From assembly GCA_028289465.1 (NCBI GenBank), contig JANQPM010000087.1:2520-66519 (forward strand): 64,000 nucleotides of DNA. The letters are read 5' to 3'. The notes under the pieces were generated by a model. It was not told the DNA's origin, did no database searches, and saw only the letters and a list, made by a program, of their open reading frames with translations. Each line of letters starts with the position of its first letter. Position 1 is the first letter of the stretch. The position numbers were made by a program, and so were the translations under genes. This stretch comes from Lysobacterales bacterium. GTDB lineage: Bacteria > Pseudomonadota > Gammaproteobacteria > Xanthomonadales > SZUA-36. Positions 27,477 to 37,215 of the stretch are shown piece by piece.

Positions 27477-29366
27477 TCAGGCTGCGTCACGGCTGTGTCC
27501 CCGCCGCTTCAGATGCACCAGCAGCAAGGATATCGCCGCCGGCGTCACGCCGGAAATCCGCGCCGCCTGCCCAACGGTCTCAGGCTGGCTGGCCTGCAAT
27601 TTCTCGCAGACCTCGGCGGAAAGGCCTCTGACATCGGAATAGCTGAAACCTTCCGGAATAGACAATGCCGACTGACGCTGTTGCCGGCTCACCTCTTCTT
27701 GCTGCCGGTTCAGATAGCCGGCATATTTGACCTGGATTTCCACTTGTTCGGCCACCCTGGCATCGTCAACCCCCGGGCCGAGGCCATCTGTCTCCATCAG
27801 TGCAGCATAGCCCAGCTCGGGGCGTTTCATCAGATCCAGCGCCCTGACTTCCTTGCTTAGCGAGATGCCGTGGGTGCGGGCCAGATTGCGGCCGATGGCA
27901 TTGTCGGGCGTCACCCAGATGCCGTGCAGCCGGCCACGCTCGGCGGCGATCGCATCGCGCTTGCGGGCAAACGCCTGCCAGCGCGTATCGCTGACCAGGC
28001 CAAGTTCCCGCCCGGTTTCCGTCAGCCGCAGATCGGCATTGTCCTCGCGCAGCAGCAAACGGTATTCCGCCCGGCTGGTGAACATGCGGTAAGGTTCCTG
28101 AGTGCCCTGGGTAACCAGGTCGTCAATCAATACGCCGATATAGGCCTGGTCGCGGCCGGGTGTCCACGGCGCTTCGCCCCGGCATGAGCGCGCCGCATTC
28201 AGGCCGGCGATCAGCCCCTGGGCGGCGGCTTCTTCGTAGCCTGTGGTGCCGTTGATCTGGCCGGCAAAATACAGACCCTGAATATAACGGGTCTCAAGAC
28301 TGGTCTTCAGGCCTCTCGGATCGAAGAAGTCGTACTCGATGGCATAGCCGGGCCTTGAAATATGCGCCTCCTCGAACCCTTTAATACTGCGCACGAACTG
28401 CTGCTGAATGTCGAAAGGCAAACTGGTGGAAATGCCGTTGGGATACAGCTCAGTCGTCTGAAGCCCTTCTGGTTCGATGAAAATTTGATGCGAAGATTTG
28501 TCCGCGAAGCGTACAACCTTGTCTTCGATCGACGGGCAGTAGCGCGGCCCGACACCGTCGATAATGCCGGCATACATCGGCGAGCGATGCAGCGCGGTGC
28601 GAATCAGTTCGTGCGTTTGTTCATTGGTATGGGTAATCCAGCAGCAGCGCTGCTCGGGATGATCCTGCGCCTGCCCCAGGTAGGAGAATACCGGCAACGG
28701 GGTATCGCCCGGCTGCGTCTCTAGCAGATCGAAGTTTACCGTGCGTCCGTCAATCCTGGGTGGCGTGCCGGTTTTCAGCCGGTCGACGGCAAACGGCAGT
28801 TCACGCAGGCGCCGGGCCAGCGCGTTGGCCGGCGGATCGCCGGCGCGGCCGCCGGTGTAGTTGGCTTCTCCGATATGGATTTCCCCGCCCAGAAAGGTAC
28901 CGACGGTCAGCACCACGGCCGGCGCATAAAAGCGCAGCCCCATTTGGGTCAAACAGCCGACGATACGGTCGTTTTCGGTAATCAGGTCCTCGACGCCCTG
29001 CTGGAACAGGTAAAGACCGGGCTGATGTTCCACTGCGTGGCGTATGAACTGACGGTATAACGCCCGGTCGCATTGCGCACGGGTCGCGCGTACCGCAGGC
29101 CCTTTGCGGGCGTTCAAGGTTCTGAGCTGAATGCCGGCCGCATCGGCCGCCTGCGCCATCACACCGCCCAATGCGTCGATCTCGCGAACCAGGTGGCCTT
29201 TGCCGATGCCGCCGATGGCCGGGTTGCAGCTCATTTGGCCGACGGTTTCGATGTTATGCGTCAACAGCAGGGTAGCAGCGCCCGTCCGAGCCGCAGCCAG
29301 GGCTGCCTCGGTTCCTGCATGACCGCCGCCGATGACGATCACATCGAAACGCTGTGTGAAGTCCAT
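27477..29366 (-). CDS. mnmG: tRNA uridine 5-carboxymethylaminomethyl modification enzyme
   Basis: [21 protein letters not shown] ... [20 protein letters not shown] ... is colinear with GidA/MnmG. Start moved to the MDFTQRF ATG at 29366. Confidence 0.93.
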   Translation of the reverse strand: MDFTQRFDVIVIGGGHAGTEAALAAARTGAATLLLTHNIETVGQMSCNPAIGGIGKGHLVREIDALGGVMAQAADAAGIQLRTLNARKGPAVRATRAQCDRALYRQFIRHAVEHQPGLYLFQQGVEDLITENDRIVGCLTQMGLRFYAPAVVLTVGTFLGGEIHIGEANYTGGRAGDPPANALARRLRELPFAVDRLKTGTPPRIDGRTVNFDLLETQPGDTPLPVFSYLGQAQDHPEQRCCWITHTNEQTHELIRTALHRSPMYAGIIDGVGPRYCPSIEDKVVRFADKSSHQIFIEPEGLQTTELYPNGISTSLPFDIQQQFVRSIKGFEEAHISRPGYAIEYDFFDPRGLKTSLETRYIQGLYFAGQINGTTGYEEAAAQGLIAGLNAARSCRGEAPWTPGRDQAYIGVLIDDLVTQGTQEPYRMFTSRAEYRLLLREDNADLRLTETGRELGLVSDTRWQAFARKRDAIAAERGRLHGIWVTPDNAIGRNLARTHGISLSKEVRALDLMKRPELGYAALMETDGLGPGVDDARVAEQVEIQVKYAGYLNRQQEEVSRQQRQSALSIPEGFSYSDVRGLSAEVCEKLQASQPETVGQAARISGVTPAAISLLLVHLKRRGHSRDAA

Positions 29367-29500
29367 TGCCGATGAACCCTGAATCAAGGGGAGCTTATTG
29401 TACTGAAACGCCCGGTCACTGGAAACCGTTGTTTTCAAAGACTTTGTGACGATCCGGTGACTGGAAAAGCCGACAGGCGACAAACGCGATCAGCAGTGAT

Positions 29501-31849
29501 TCAATTAACTGCGGCCCGAATGTCCTCGGCCAGCGAACGAGCATCGACCAGCTTTTGATAGTCTTCGTCAGCATCCTTCCAAATCGCCAGCGCGTATTTG
29601 ATCGATGCATCGGCCAGCTCCGGCCGGCCGGATTTCAACTGTTGCCTGGCCCGCTCCACCCACAGCAGCGGTTCTGCTTCATCCAATCGAAAACCCTCGT
29701 CCAGGGCAGCCTGCGCCCCGGCGTAGTCACCGGCCAGCGTAAGTGCCCGAGCTACCTGGCTCTGGGTCATCGGCACCAGCAACTGCAGATCACTGCCCAG
29801 TATCGAACCGCGAATCAAGCCCATCGCTTCCTGATAGTGAACGCTGGCTTGTTCGTACTGCTGCTGTTCCTCGGCGAGTGAACCGCGCGCCAGTTCGACC
29901 TGAAATTGCAGGTATTGGGCCTTGAACTGACTGACAACCGCCTGCATACGGTCGATCGCAGCTTCGGCCCCGGCGAAATCCTGACGCTCTGCCAGCAGCG
30001 CCGCGCGCTGCAGTTGAGCGAACTGGTCCAGCGGCGGTTGCAGAATCTGATCCAGTTCATCGAGAATGCGTTCCGCTTCGTCCAGTTCGTTGAGCGACAG
30101 ATGATAGGCCGCCAGGCGTAGGTAGATATTGAACGCCATGTTCAGCGGAGACATGAATTGCTGATCGTACTCCTGTTCTCGGTGAATCAAATCGATCGCA
30201 TCGCGAAGGCGGCCCAGGCGGAAATTAAGCAGCACGCGCGATTGAAGCAGCATGCTGTGCTGCTGCGGCGTCACCGCGACCGCCTGACCGTTGTCATGGT
30301 ATCGCTTGGCCGAGTCCCAGTCGCCCTGACGGGCAGCCAGATGCGCCAGCCGGATATATGACATCACCGCGCCGTCATCCAATAGCTGCGCCCGCTGGTA
30401 ACTGTTGCGGGCCGCTTCCAGGTCTCCATGATCGCGCTGCAGATCGCCCAGCGTAATAACCGCATTAAGGCTTTCCGGCTTCTGTTCTTTCAATTCTTCG
30501 GCGTACGCAATGGCCGCCGGTAGATCGCCGCTGGCCCGCTCCAGCATCGCCAGTTTTTCCAGCACGCCGAGGTCCAGGCTGTCTTTTTGGAACGCCGTCT
30601 GATAACTGTCGATCGCCTTGTCGAATTCCCCGGTACTCATGTAGAAACCGGCCAGCCGATTATACGCACTGGCATCGCCGCGGATTTCCACCTGCATTTT
30701 CAGCAGCGCTTCCAACCGCTCGGTTTCGCCGTTAAAACGGTAAATCAGGGCTTTCAGATGTGCCTGATCGACCGCGGGCAACTTGTAATTCAGACGCTGG
30801 GCTTCTTGAAACAACTGCTGGGCATCGGCGACATTGCCTTGTTCGAGCTGAAACATGCCTTTGTAGTAATAGCCTTGAACAAAGCCGGCATCCTCCTCCA
30901 GCGTCTGGGCCAGCAGTTTGTCGGCTGTGACGAAATCGTTGTCAAACAGCCGGGTGGTCAGCGCTTTGACAAGGGTCTCCACCGTGTTCAGCGACTCACC
31001 GTAAGTGTCAGACAGCGGCAGGTCTTCGTCCAGGCGCCCGCCGCCTTTGGGCACGTCCAGCAGTTCTTTCAACTGGATCGACAAATCGTCGATCATGCTG
31101 AGTAAATCCCAGCCGGTTTGCACCACCTCGCCATGTAATTGCAGATTGTCGCTGCGGTAAACCTTTGCCCGCAGCGAAAGATCGCCTTCCACATTCTCAA
31201 GGCTGCCGGTAACGAAATACTGCCGGTTGGAATCCGTGGCAATCTCCCGCATCAGGTTCAGCGGCAACCCGAGGCCGTTGTCGTACCCGGCCCGCTGCAT
31301 TCTGGAATAGTAACCGTTTGCCCAGCCGCCAAACGGGGAATTCACCAGCATATACGGATTCTGCGATAAATCCTGGGCCAGCAAATGCGCCATACCGTAT
31401 TGCAGCCAGTCGTAGTCGGCGTTGCCGGACTCGTTCTCCCAGAAGAATACCGCCAGACGACGGCGGAAATTGTCCTTCGGAATATAGTGGGTTTCGGTAT
31501 CGCCGTATTCGTTAGCCACCTCAACCACCTCGGCAGTACTGCCGAGATCCTTGCCGGACGCCAGGTTGATCAGCAGGCCGAGTGTCGCGATCAGATTGAT
31601 CGGAATGCCGATGATTTCTCCGCGGGTAATTTTATCTTTGCCGGGCTTGCCATGAGTCCACGCGATCAGCGCAATCGCGGGCATCAGGCTGTAGAGCCCC
31701 CAGAAAACGAACTCGGACAGGTGCGGAGACCACAGGTAGCGGTCAATCATTCGCTCCAGGATTTCAATCAATACCCAGACACCGGCTGCATACGCACCGA
31801 TCACCTGCAGGACCCGGCGGTCGATAAATTCCTGTATGAATCCAGACAT
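29501..31849 (-). CDS. membrane-anchored tetratricopeptide-repeat protein
   Basis: 782 aa. The N-terminal ~100 aa hold 3 predicted TM helices (RRVLQVIGAYAAGVWVLIEIL...). The rest is repetitive TPR-like helix pairs (e.g. GDLPAAIAYAEELKEQKPESLNAV, GDWDSAKRYHDNG). Confidence 0.7.
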   Translation of the reverse strand: MSGFIQEFIDRRVLQVIGAYAAGVWVLIEILERMIDRYLWSPHLSEFVFWGLYSLMPAIALIAWTHGKPGKDKITRGEIIGIPINLIATLGLLINLASGKDLGSTAEVVEVANEYGDTETHYIPKDNFRRRLAVFFWENESGNADYDWLQYGMAHLLAQDLSQNPYMLVNSPFGGWANGYYSRMQRAGYDNGLGLPLNLMREIATDSNRQYFVTGSLENVEGDLSLRAKVYRSDNLQLHGEVVQTGWDLLSMIDDLSIQLKELLDVPKGGGRLDEDLPLSDTYGESLNTVETLVKALTTRLFDNDFVTADKLLAQTLEEDAGFVQGYYYKGMFQLEQGNVADAQQLFQEAQRLNYKLPAVDQAHLKALIYRFNGETERLEALLKMQVEIRGDASAYNRLAGFYMSTGEFDKAIDSYQTAFQKDSLDLGVLEKLAMLERASGDLPAAIAYAEELKEQKPESLNAVITLGDLQRDHGDLEAARNSYQRAQLLDDGAVMSYIRLAHLAARQGDWDSAKRYHDNGQAVAVTPQQHSMLLQSRVLLNFRLGRLRDAIDLIHREQEYDQQFMSPLNMAFNIYLRLAAYHLSLNELDEAERILDELDQILQPPLDQFAQLQRAALLAERQDFAGAEAAIDRMQAVVSQFKAQYLQFQVELARGSLAEEQQQYEQASVHYQEAMGLIRGSILGSDLQLLVPMTQSQVARALTLAGDYAGAQAALDEGFRLDEAEPLLWVERARQQLKSGRPELADASIKYALAIWKDADEDYQKLVDARSLAEDIRAAVN

Positions 31850-31918
31850 ATTTTGACAGATGCATTCGAACCCAGCGTGACTCTATCACAGGCGGATTCG
31901 AAATCGTCTGCCAAAAGT

Positions 31919-31943
31919 CACATCCCCGCGGCGCGGGGATGTG
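31919..31943 (-). terminator. rho-independent terminator of the Tyr/Arg-rich lipoprotein gene
   Basis: The 11-bp arms CACATCCCCGC / GCGGGGATGTG are an exact inverted repeat around a 3-nt loop. On the minus strand the hairpin is followed by ACTTTTGG. Confidence 0.65.
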
Positions 31944-32003
31944 TAAACCAATGTTCTGTATTCGCGAGTGCCGCGCCCACTCCGGCCAGTCGCCTGCTGC
32001 TCC

Positions 32004-33185
32004 TCAGCGGGGCTGAATGCGGTCGGCCTTCACCCGCCTGTCAGTGCTGCTGCGTTCCGATGAGCTGCGCCGCTGGCCGGATGAGCTGTCCGACCGCGGG
32101 CGCTGCACCGGCTTCGCCGGTGACGGCGCTCTGCTGACCTTGCGCGCCGAGCGAACCGGCGCCTGAGCGCGTGTACTCACCTTCGGTGCCGGACGGGTCG
32201 CTGCCGGGGCAGGGCGACGAACCGCCGGTGCAGCCCGGTAGCGCTCTGCCCGGGAAACCGATGGTAGACGCGCTCTGGTGTCGGTCTTGCGGGTTCCCGG
32301 CTCGGCGGCCGACGGCGCCCTTACCGACGGACTGCGGTTCACGCTTCGGCGCTCCCGGTAGTCGCGGCTCGGCTCACGTCGCGTGGTAGTAACCTGCCGT
32401 TGCCGATTCTGGAAACCGCGCATGTCGCGTACCACGACACTCGAGGGCTCGCGCGGTGTGGGCAGCTTGGCATCGTGACCGGTCTTGGCGCGATTGCCGA
32501 ACTGCTTGGAACGGACTACGGTCGCACCCGATGCGCTGCTGCTGATAACGCGCCGGTTCGCGATGCGCCGGCCTTCCGAGCCGCGCTGCATGGTGTCCCG
32601 CTTATGCACACGCCGGTCGGCGGCATCGCTGATCACACCCCGGTTGGACGGCGTAAACCGGCGATCGCCGTCATGGTCGCGGTCGCCGTGGTCGCCGCGC
32701 CGATCGTGGTGGCGCCCCCGGCGATAGGGGTTGCGATGATAACCGTGGTAGCCCGAATATCGACGTCCGAAGCCCAAGTACGGTCCGTCATAATATGACC
32801 AGCCGTAATACGGGAAATAGTAGGACGGCCGATAGTAGCCGAAATGGAAACCGCGGTGACGGTATCGGTTATAGCCGTAGTAACGGCTGCGATAATAGCG
32901 CCGCGGCGAATAGTAGTAGGGGTCATACCACGGGTCGTCGTACGCATAGCGCACGTCGTAGGGATAATAGTTAAAGCTCAGATAGAAGCGCCCGAGCGAA
33001 CTGAACGGGTAGTCCTCGTAATGGTGGTGACCGGCGTAGTACGCATCGGACCCGTCAAGATAGTAACTTCCCTCATCCAGATAGACCGCTTCGTCCTCGT
33101 AGCCATAATCATGCTCTGCAGGATGGTAATACGTAATACATCCGGTCAGAGATAAAAATATTGCTGCAACTAACCACTGTCTCAT
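32004..33185 (-). CDS. hypothetical lipoprotein with a Tyr-rich N-terminal half and an Arg/Ser/Pro/Ala-rich C-terminal half
   Basis: Lipobox LSLTGC. By manual count there are about 40 Tyr in the first ~150 mature residues. A His/Asp/Arg cluster (RGRHHDRRGDHGDRDHDGDRR) is followed by a basic low-complexity tail. The gene has its own terminator. Confidence 0.55.
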   Translation of the reverse strand: MRQWLVAAIFLSLTGCITYYHPAEHDYGYEDEAVYLDEGSYYLDGSDAYYAGHHHYEDYPFSSLGRFYLSFNYYPYDVRYAYDDPWYDPYYYSPRRYYRSRYYGYNRYRHRGFHFGYYRPSYYFPYYGWSYYDGPYLGFGRRYSGYHGYHRNPYRRGRHHDRRGDHGDRDHDGDRRFTPSNRGVISDAADRRVHKRDTMQRGSEGRRIANRRVISSSASGATVVRSKQFGNRAKTGHDAKLPTPREPSSVVVRDMRGFQNRQRQVTTTRREPSRDYRERRSVNRSPSVRAPSAAEPGTRKTDTRARLPSVSRAERYRAAPAVRRPAPAATRPAPKVSTRAQAPVRSARKVSRAPSPAKPVQRPRSDSSSGQRRSSSERSSTDRRVKADRIQPR

Positions 33186-33262
33186 CTTTAAAAACCATAG
33201 GTAGAATTCCGGTTGAGCTTACCTTAGCATGGCTCGGTGAACCCAAGCTGAACGAAACCGCC

Positions 33263-34204
33263 ATGAACCGACACCAAACCAGTGGCAACTGGCGGCTGGG
33301 GCTATTGCTTGCCGTTTTGACCATGCTGCTCTGGGCAACGTTGCCGGTTGCATTAAAACTGGCTCTTTCCGCATTGGATGCGTGGAGCCTGACCTGGTTC
33401 CGCTTCCTGATCGCGGCGGTAATCAGCTTGCTGTGGCTGGCCTATCGCGGCGGTCTGTCCGTCTTTATGAAGCTCAGGCGCAGCTTGTGGGCCTTGCTGC
33501 TGGTCGCCGCGGTGATGCTGACCGCGAACTACATTTTGTACCTGCTCGGCCTGGAGCGCACCACGCCGGCCAGCGCACAGGTCTTTATTCAGCTAGCGCC
33601 GATGCTGATGGCCCTCGGCAGTCTGGCCTGGTTCGGAGAGCGCTACGGCCTGGTGCAGTGGGTGGGTTTCGTTACCCTGGTGGCCGGGCTGGCACTTTTC
33701 TTCAGCAATCAGCTCGGGGCGATGGCCGGCCAGGTCGACCACTACCTGCTCGGCGGCTGGCTGGTGATCGGCGCGGCGGTGGGCTGGGCTGTCTATGCGC
33801 TGATACAAAAGCAACTGCTGCGCGATATGGGGTCGCAGGCGGTGATGCTGTTCATCTATGCTTTCGCGACGCTGGTATTGCTGCCCACCGCAGTACCGGA
33901 CGCGATTCTGGCGCTCGACGGCTGGCAGTGGTTGATCGTCGGCTATTGTGCGCTCAACACGCTGGGTGCGTATGGCTGTTTCGCCGAAGCGCTGAACCAT
34001 TGGGAAGCCTCGAGGGTCAGTACGGTACTGGCGCTGACGCCGCTGGGTACAGTCGCGGTAGCCATGCTGGTACACGCCTGGTGGCCGCGCCTGATCGAAG
34101 CCGAACGGCTGAGCCTAGTTTCCTGGGCTGGAGCGCTGATGGTGGTCGGCGGCTCAATGATCACCAGCCTGAGCGGCCGGCGCCGTACGCCGGCGGTTAA
34201 CTGA
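33263..34204 (+). CDS. DMT superfamily transporter (EamA family)
   Basis: 10-TM profile with two EamA-like halves. Start moved to the MNRHQTSGNWRLG ATG at 33263. Confidence 0.85.
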   Translation: MNRHQTSGNWRLGLLLAVLTMLLWATLPVALKLALSALDAWSLTWFRFLIAAVISLLWLAYRGGLSVFMKLRRSLWALLLVAAVMLTANYILYLLGLERTTPASAQVFIQLAPMLMALGSLAWFGERYGLVQWVGFVTLVAGLALFFSNQLGAMAGQVDHYLLGGWLVIGAAVGWAVYALIQKQLLRDMGSQAVMLFIYAFATLVLLPTAVPDAILALDGWQWLIVGYCALNTLGAYGCFAEALNHWEASRVSTVLALTPLGTVAVAMLVHAWWPRLIEAERLSLVSWAGALMVVGGSMITSLSGRRRTPAVN

Positions 34205-34282
34205 GCGAATGAAATGATTTGCCGCCCGACCGGTTCTACGTTACCGCCGACGCTGTTCCGGATTTCGGAGTAATACGAATTT

Positions 34283-34489
34283 ATGCCAACAACTGTCTAT
34301 GAAATCCAGGGCTATGCCCTGGTACTCGATAAAGTCATCTTCGTGACCCGCGTTTTCGAAGCGAACAACGGCGAAGGCTTTCAGTTCAATATTCGCCTGG
34401 AAGGCGATACCCGTATCGCAGTCAAATGCGCGACCCGGGCGGATGCGACAATGGAGCGCGAACTGCTGATCAAGGCGCTGAAAAGCTGA
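34283..34489 (+). CDS. hypothetical small protein (68 aa)
   Basis: ATG with a GGAG 12 nt upstream. The composition is not low-complexity (MPTTVYEIQGYALVLDKVIFVTRVFE...). No recognisable motif. Confidence 0.4.
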   Translation: MPTTVYEIQGYALVLDKVIFVTRVFEANNGEGFQFNIRLEGDTRIAVKCATRADATMERELLIKALKS

Positions 34490-34501
34490 CGGCTTGCGGC
34501 C

Positions 34502-37147
34502 TTATTTCAATGCGTTCGATACGATCTCATAAACGTCCGGGGACAGATTCTCGGTTGCCGATATGCGCTGCAATTCGGCCCGCATCGCTGCCTGACGCTT
34601 TCCGTCATAACGCTTCCAGCGGTTAAAGGTACTTGCGATACGCGCAGCGACCTGCGGGTTCAAACCGTTTAGCACCAATACCTGGTCCGCGATCAGGCGA
34701 TAGCCGCGTCCATCTGCGCGATGAAACCCGATCGGGTTGCTGGCTGCAAAAACCTCAAACAGCGAGCGGACTTTATTCGGATTCTTAATCGTGAACTCCG
34801 GGTGGTCCGCCAGGGCCCGGACCTGACGGTAGGCTTCCGGATCCGGGCGTTGTGCCTGAATCGCGAACCACTTGTTCATTACCAGCGCATCGCCTTTCCA
34901 GCGCGACTCGAACGCCTCCAGTGCCGGCACCGCACCTTCGATATCGTGATGAACCAGCAATGTCAGTGCAACCAGGGTATCGGTCATATTGCCGCTGTCG
35001 GTATATTGCCGGCGGACCAGCTCATGACCGCCGGAACCGCCGGAAGCCAGATAAGCCAGGCAGAGATTGCGCAGACTGCGCCTGGCGATCGCGGCCGGGG
35101 CTGCCGAATAATCACCTTCATTCGACAGGTCCTGGTAGCGTTGCTGCCATAAGGGTTCCAGCGCCTGGCCCAGGCCCTGCTGAACGAAATGCCGGGCACG
35201 GTGGATCGCATCCACATCAACCACCTCCATCGCGTCGGCAATCAAGGTTTCGGCCGGCAGCCGCAATATCTCGGCAGCCAGGGCCGGATCCAGGTCCGGC
35301 TGTTGCAAGACATGGTGGAACGCGTCGCGCACCTTGTCATCCAGCGACGGCTCGCGCCCGGCCTGAATGGTCTTAATGGTTTCCAGCAGCAGCATTTCCG
35401 CAAGGCGCTGACCCGCTTCGCAGCGGGCATAGGGATCGCGGTCATGCGCCATCAGCAATGCCAGTTGGTCGGGCGAATATTCGAAATTCACTTTCACCGG
35501 CGCTGAAAACCCACGCAGCAGGGACGGCACCGGCGCCTGCTCGATACCGTTGAATTGAAATTCCTGCACCGCTTCGCGCAATTCCAGTATTCGAGTGTTG
35601 GACGTCTCGGCAACCGCCGCCGCGGATACCGCCGAACTCAGCGGCAGCTCTGTGCCGTCCTGTGCCAGCAACCCGACCGCAAACGGGACATGCAGCGGCT
35701 CGGACTGACCGCCGTCGGGGCCGGAGCGCTGGGTCAGCCGCAGACGATAGGTCCGGGTTTGCGGATCGTGGTGCGCACTGACATCTATCTCCGGCGTGCC
35801 GGAGCGTGAATACCAACGCCCGAACTGACTCAAATCGCGCCGGTTGGCATCCGCCATTGCGGCCAGAAAATCGTCGCAAGTGACTGCCTGGCCGTCGTGG
35901 CGGGCGAAGTATTCGTCCATGCCGCGCCTGAATCCGTCCCGGCCCAGCAGGGTTTCGTACATGCGAATGACTTCCGCGCCTTTCTCATAGACTGTTACGG
36001 TATAGAAGTTATTGATTTCGATATAACGCTCGGGCCGAATCGGGTGCGACATCGGGCCGGCGTCCTCGGGAAACTGCAGGCGTTTGAGATCGCGCGCGTC
36101 CTGAATGCGCTTTACCGCACGCGACTGCATATCGCAGGAAAACTCCTGATCGCGATAAACCGTCAGGCCTTCTTTCAAAGTTAGCTGAAACCAGTCGCGG
36201 CAAGTCACGCGGTTGCCGGTCCAGTTGTGGAAATATTCATGCCCGATCACGCTTTCTATTGCCTGATAATCGGCATCGGTGGCGGTATCCGGCCGGGCGA
36301 GAACGTATTTCGAGTTAAAGATATTCAGGCCCTTGTTCTCCATCGCGCCCATATTGAAGTCATTGGTCGCGACGATATTGTAGATATCCAGGTCATATTC
36401 CAGGCCATAACGCTCTTCATCCCAGCGCATCGCAAGCTTCAGTGCGTTCATCGCGTGCTGGCAGCGATCCAGGTTCTCCTTCTCGACATAGACGCGCAGC
36501 AGCACTTCCCGGCCGGACGCGGTGTTGAAGCGGTCTTCGACAAAGTGCAGATCCCCGGCAACCAGCGCAAACAGATAGGAAGGCTTCGGAAACGGATCTT
36601 CCCAGCATACCCAGTGGCGCCCAGCGTCCAACTCGCCCTGACCCACCGGATTGCCGTTTGACAACAAGACCGGATAGCGCTGTTTGTCGGCCTCGATGGT
36701 GACGCGGTATTTCGCCATTACATCCGGGCGATCCGGAAAATAGGTGATTTTGCGGAAGCCTTCGGCTTCGCACTGGGTCAATAGAAAATCGCCGGACTGA
36801 TACAACCCTTCCAATGCGGTATTGGCGGCCGGATGGTTAACCGCCCGGACTTCGATCACACAGCTTTCCGGCGCACGGTGAATACGAAGGCCGTCTTCGG
36901 CCAGGGTATAAGCATCCTCGGGAAGCGCTTCGCCATCCAGCTTCAGCGTCAGCAGCTCGAGATCATCGCCGTCCAGATCAATGCTGTCGATATCGCGGCG
37001 CACGGGATTCTTGTTCAGAGCCAGGCGGCTTTTCACCACGGTGCGCTCGGCGTCTATGGAAAAATGCAAATCCACCGACTCCACCAAATAGCCGGGCGGC
37101 GAATAATCTTTTCTTAAAATTGGCTGTCTCGCAGCAGATTCTTTCAT
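34502..37147 (-). CDS. pepN: aminopeptidase N
   Basis: GAMEN motif, HEYFHNWTGNRVT...WFQLTLKEG (HExxH+E) and 881 aa colinear with E. coli PepN. Confidence 0.93.
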   Translation of the reverse strand: MKESAARQPILRKDYSPPGYLVESVDLHFSIDAERTVVKSRLALNKNPVRRDIDSIDLDGDDLELLTLKLDGEALPEDAYTLAEDGLRIHRAPESCVIEVRAVNHPAANTALEGLYQSGDFLLTQCEAEGFRKITYFPDRPDVMAKYRVTIEADKQRYPVLLSNGNPVGQGELDAGRHWVCWEDPFPKPSYLFALVAGDLHFVEDRFNTASGREVLLRVYVEKENLDRCQHAMNALKLAMRWDEERYGLEYDLDIYNIVATNDFNMGAMENKGLNIFNSKYVLARPDTATDADYQAIESVIGHEYFHNWTGNRVTCRDWFQLTLKEGLTVYRDQEFSCDMQSRAVKRIQDARDLKRLQFPEDAGPMSHPIRPERYIEINNFYTVTVYEKGAEVIRMYETLLGRDGFRRGMDEYFARHDGQAVTCDDFLAAMADANRRDLSQFGRWYSRSGTPEIDVSAHHDPQTRTYRLRLTQRSGPDGGQSEPLHVPFAVGLLAQDGTELPLSSAVSAAAVAETSNTRILELREAVQEFQFNGIEQAPVPSLLRGFSAPVKVNFEYSPDQLALLMAHDRDPYARCEAGQRLAEMLLLETIKTIQAGREPSLDDKVRDAFHHVLQQPDLDPALAAEILRLPAETLIADAMEVVDVDAIHRARHFVQQGLGQALEPLWQQRYQDLSNEGDYSAAPAAIARRSLRNLCLAYLASGGSGGHELVRRQYTDSGNMTDTLVALTLLVHHDIEGAVPALEAFESRWKGDALVMNKWFAIQAQRPDPEAYRQVRALADHPEFTIKNPNKVRSLFEVFAASNPIGFHRADGRGYRLIADQVLVLNGLNPQVAARIASTFNRWKRYDGKRQAAMRAELQRISATENLSPDVYEIVSNALK

Positions 37148-37215
37148 TGGATTCGACCCTGGAATTCAATAGCCACGCCATATTGATCATGGCAAAAGGG
37201 CTGTATTATAGGCAT

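Noticed and set aside
29367-29500. A possible oriC next to mnmG (gidA).
   Set aside because: I could find no TTATCCACA-type DnaA boxes and no AT-rich 13-mer cluster here or in the neighbouring spacers. mnmE, rsmG, dnaA and parAB are also absent from the window.
31862-31876. A GGGTTCGAATGC stretch on the minus strand resembling a tRNA T-arm.
   Set aside because: The flanking bases cannot form a T-stem, acceptor stem or anticodon arm, so this is not a tRNA or a tRNA fragment.
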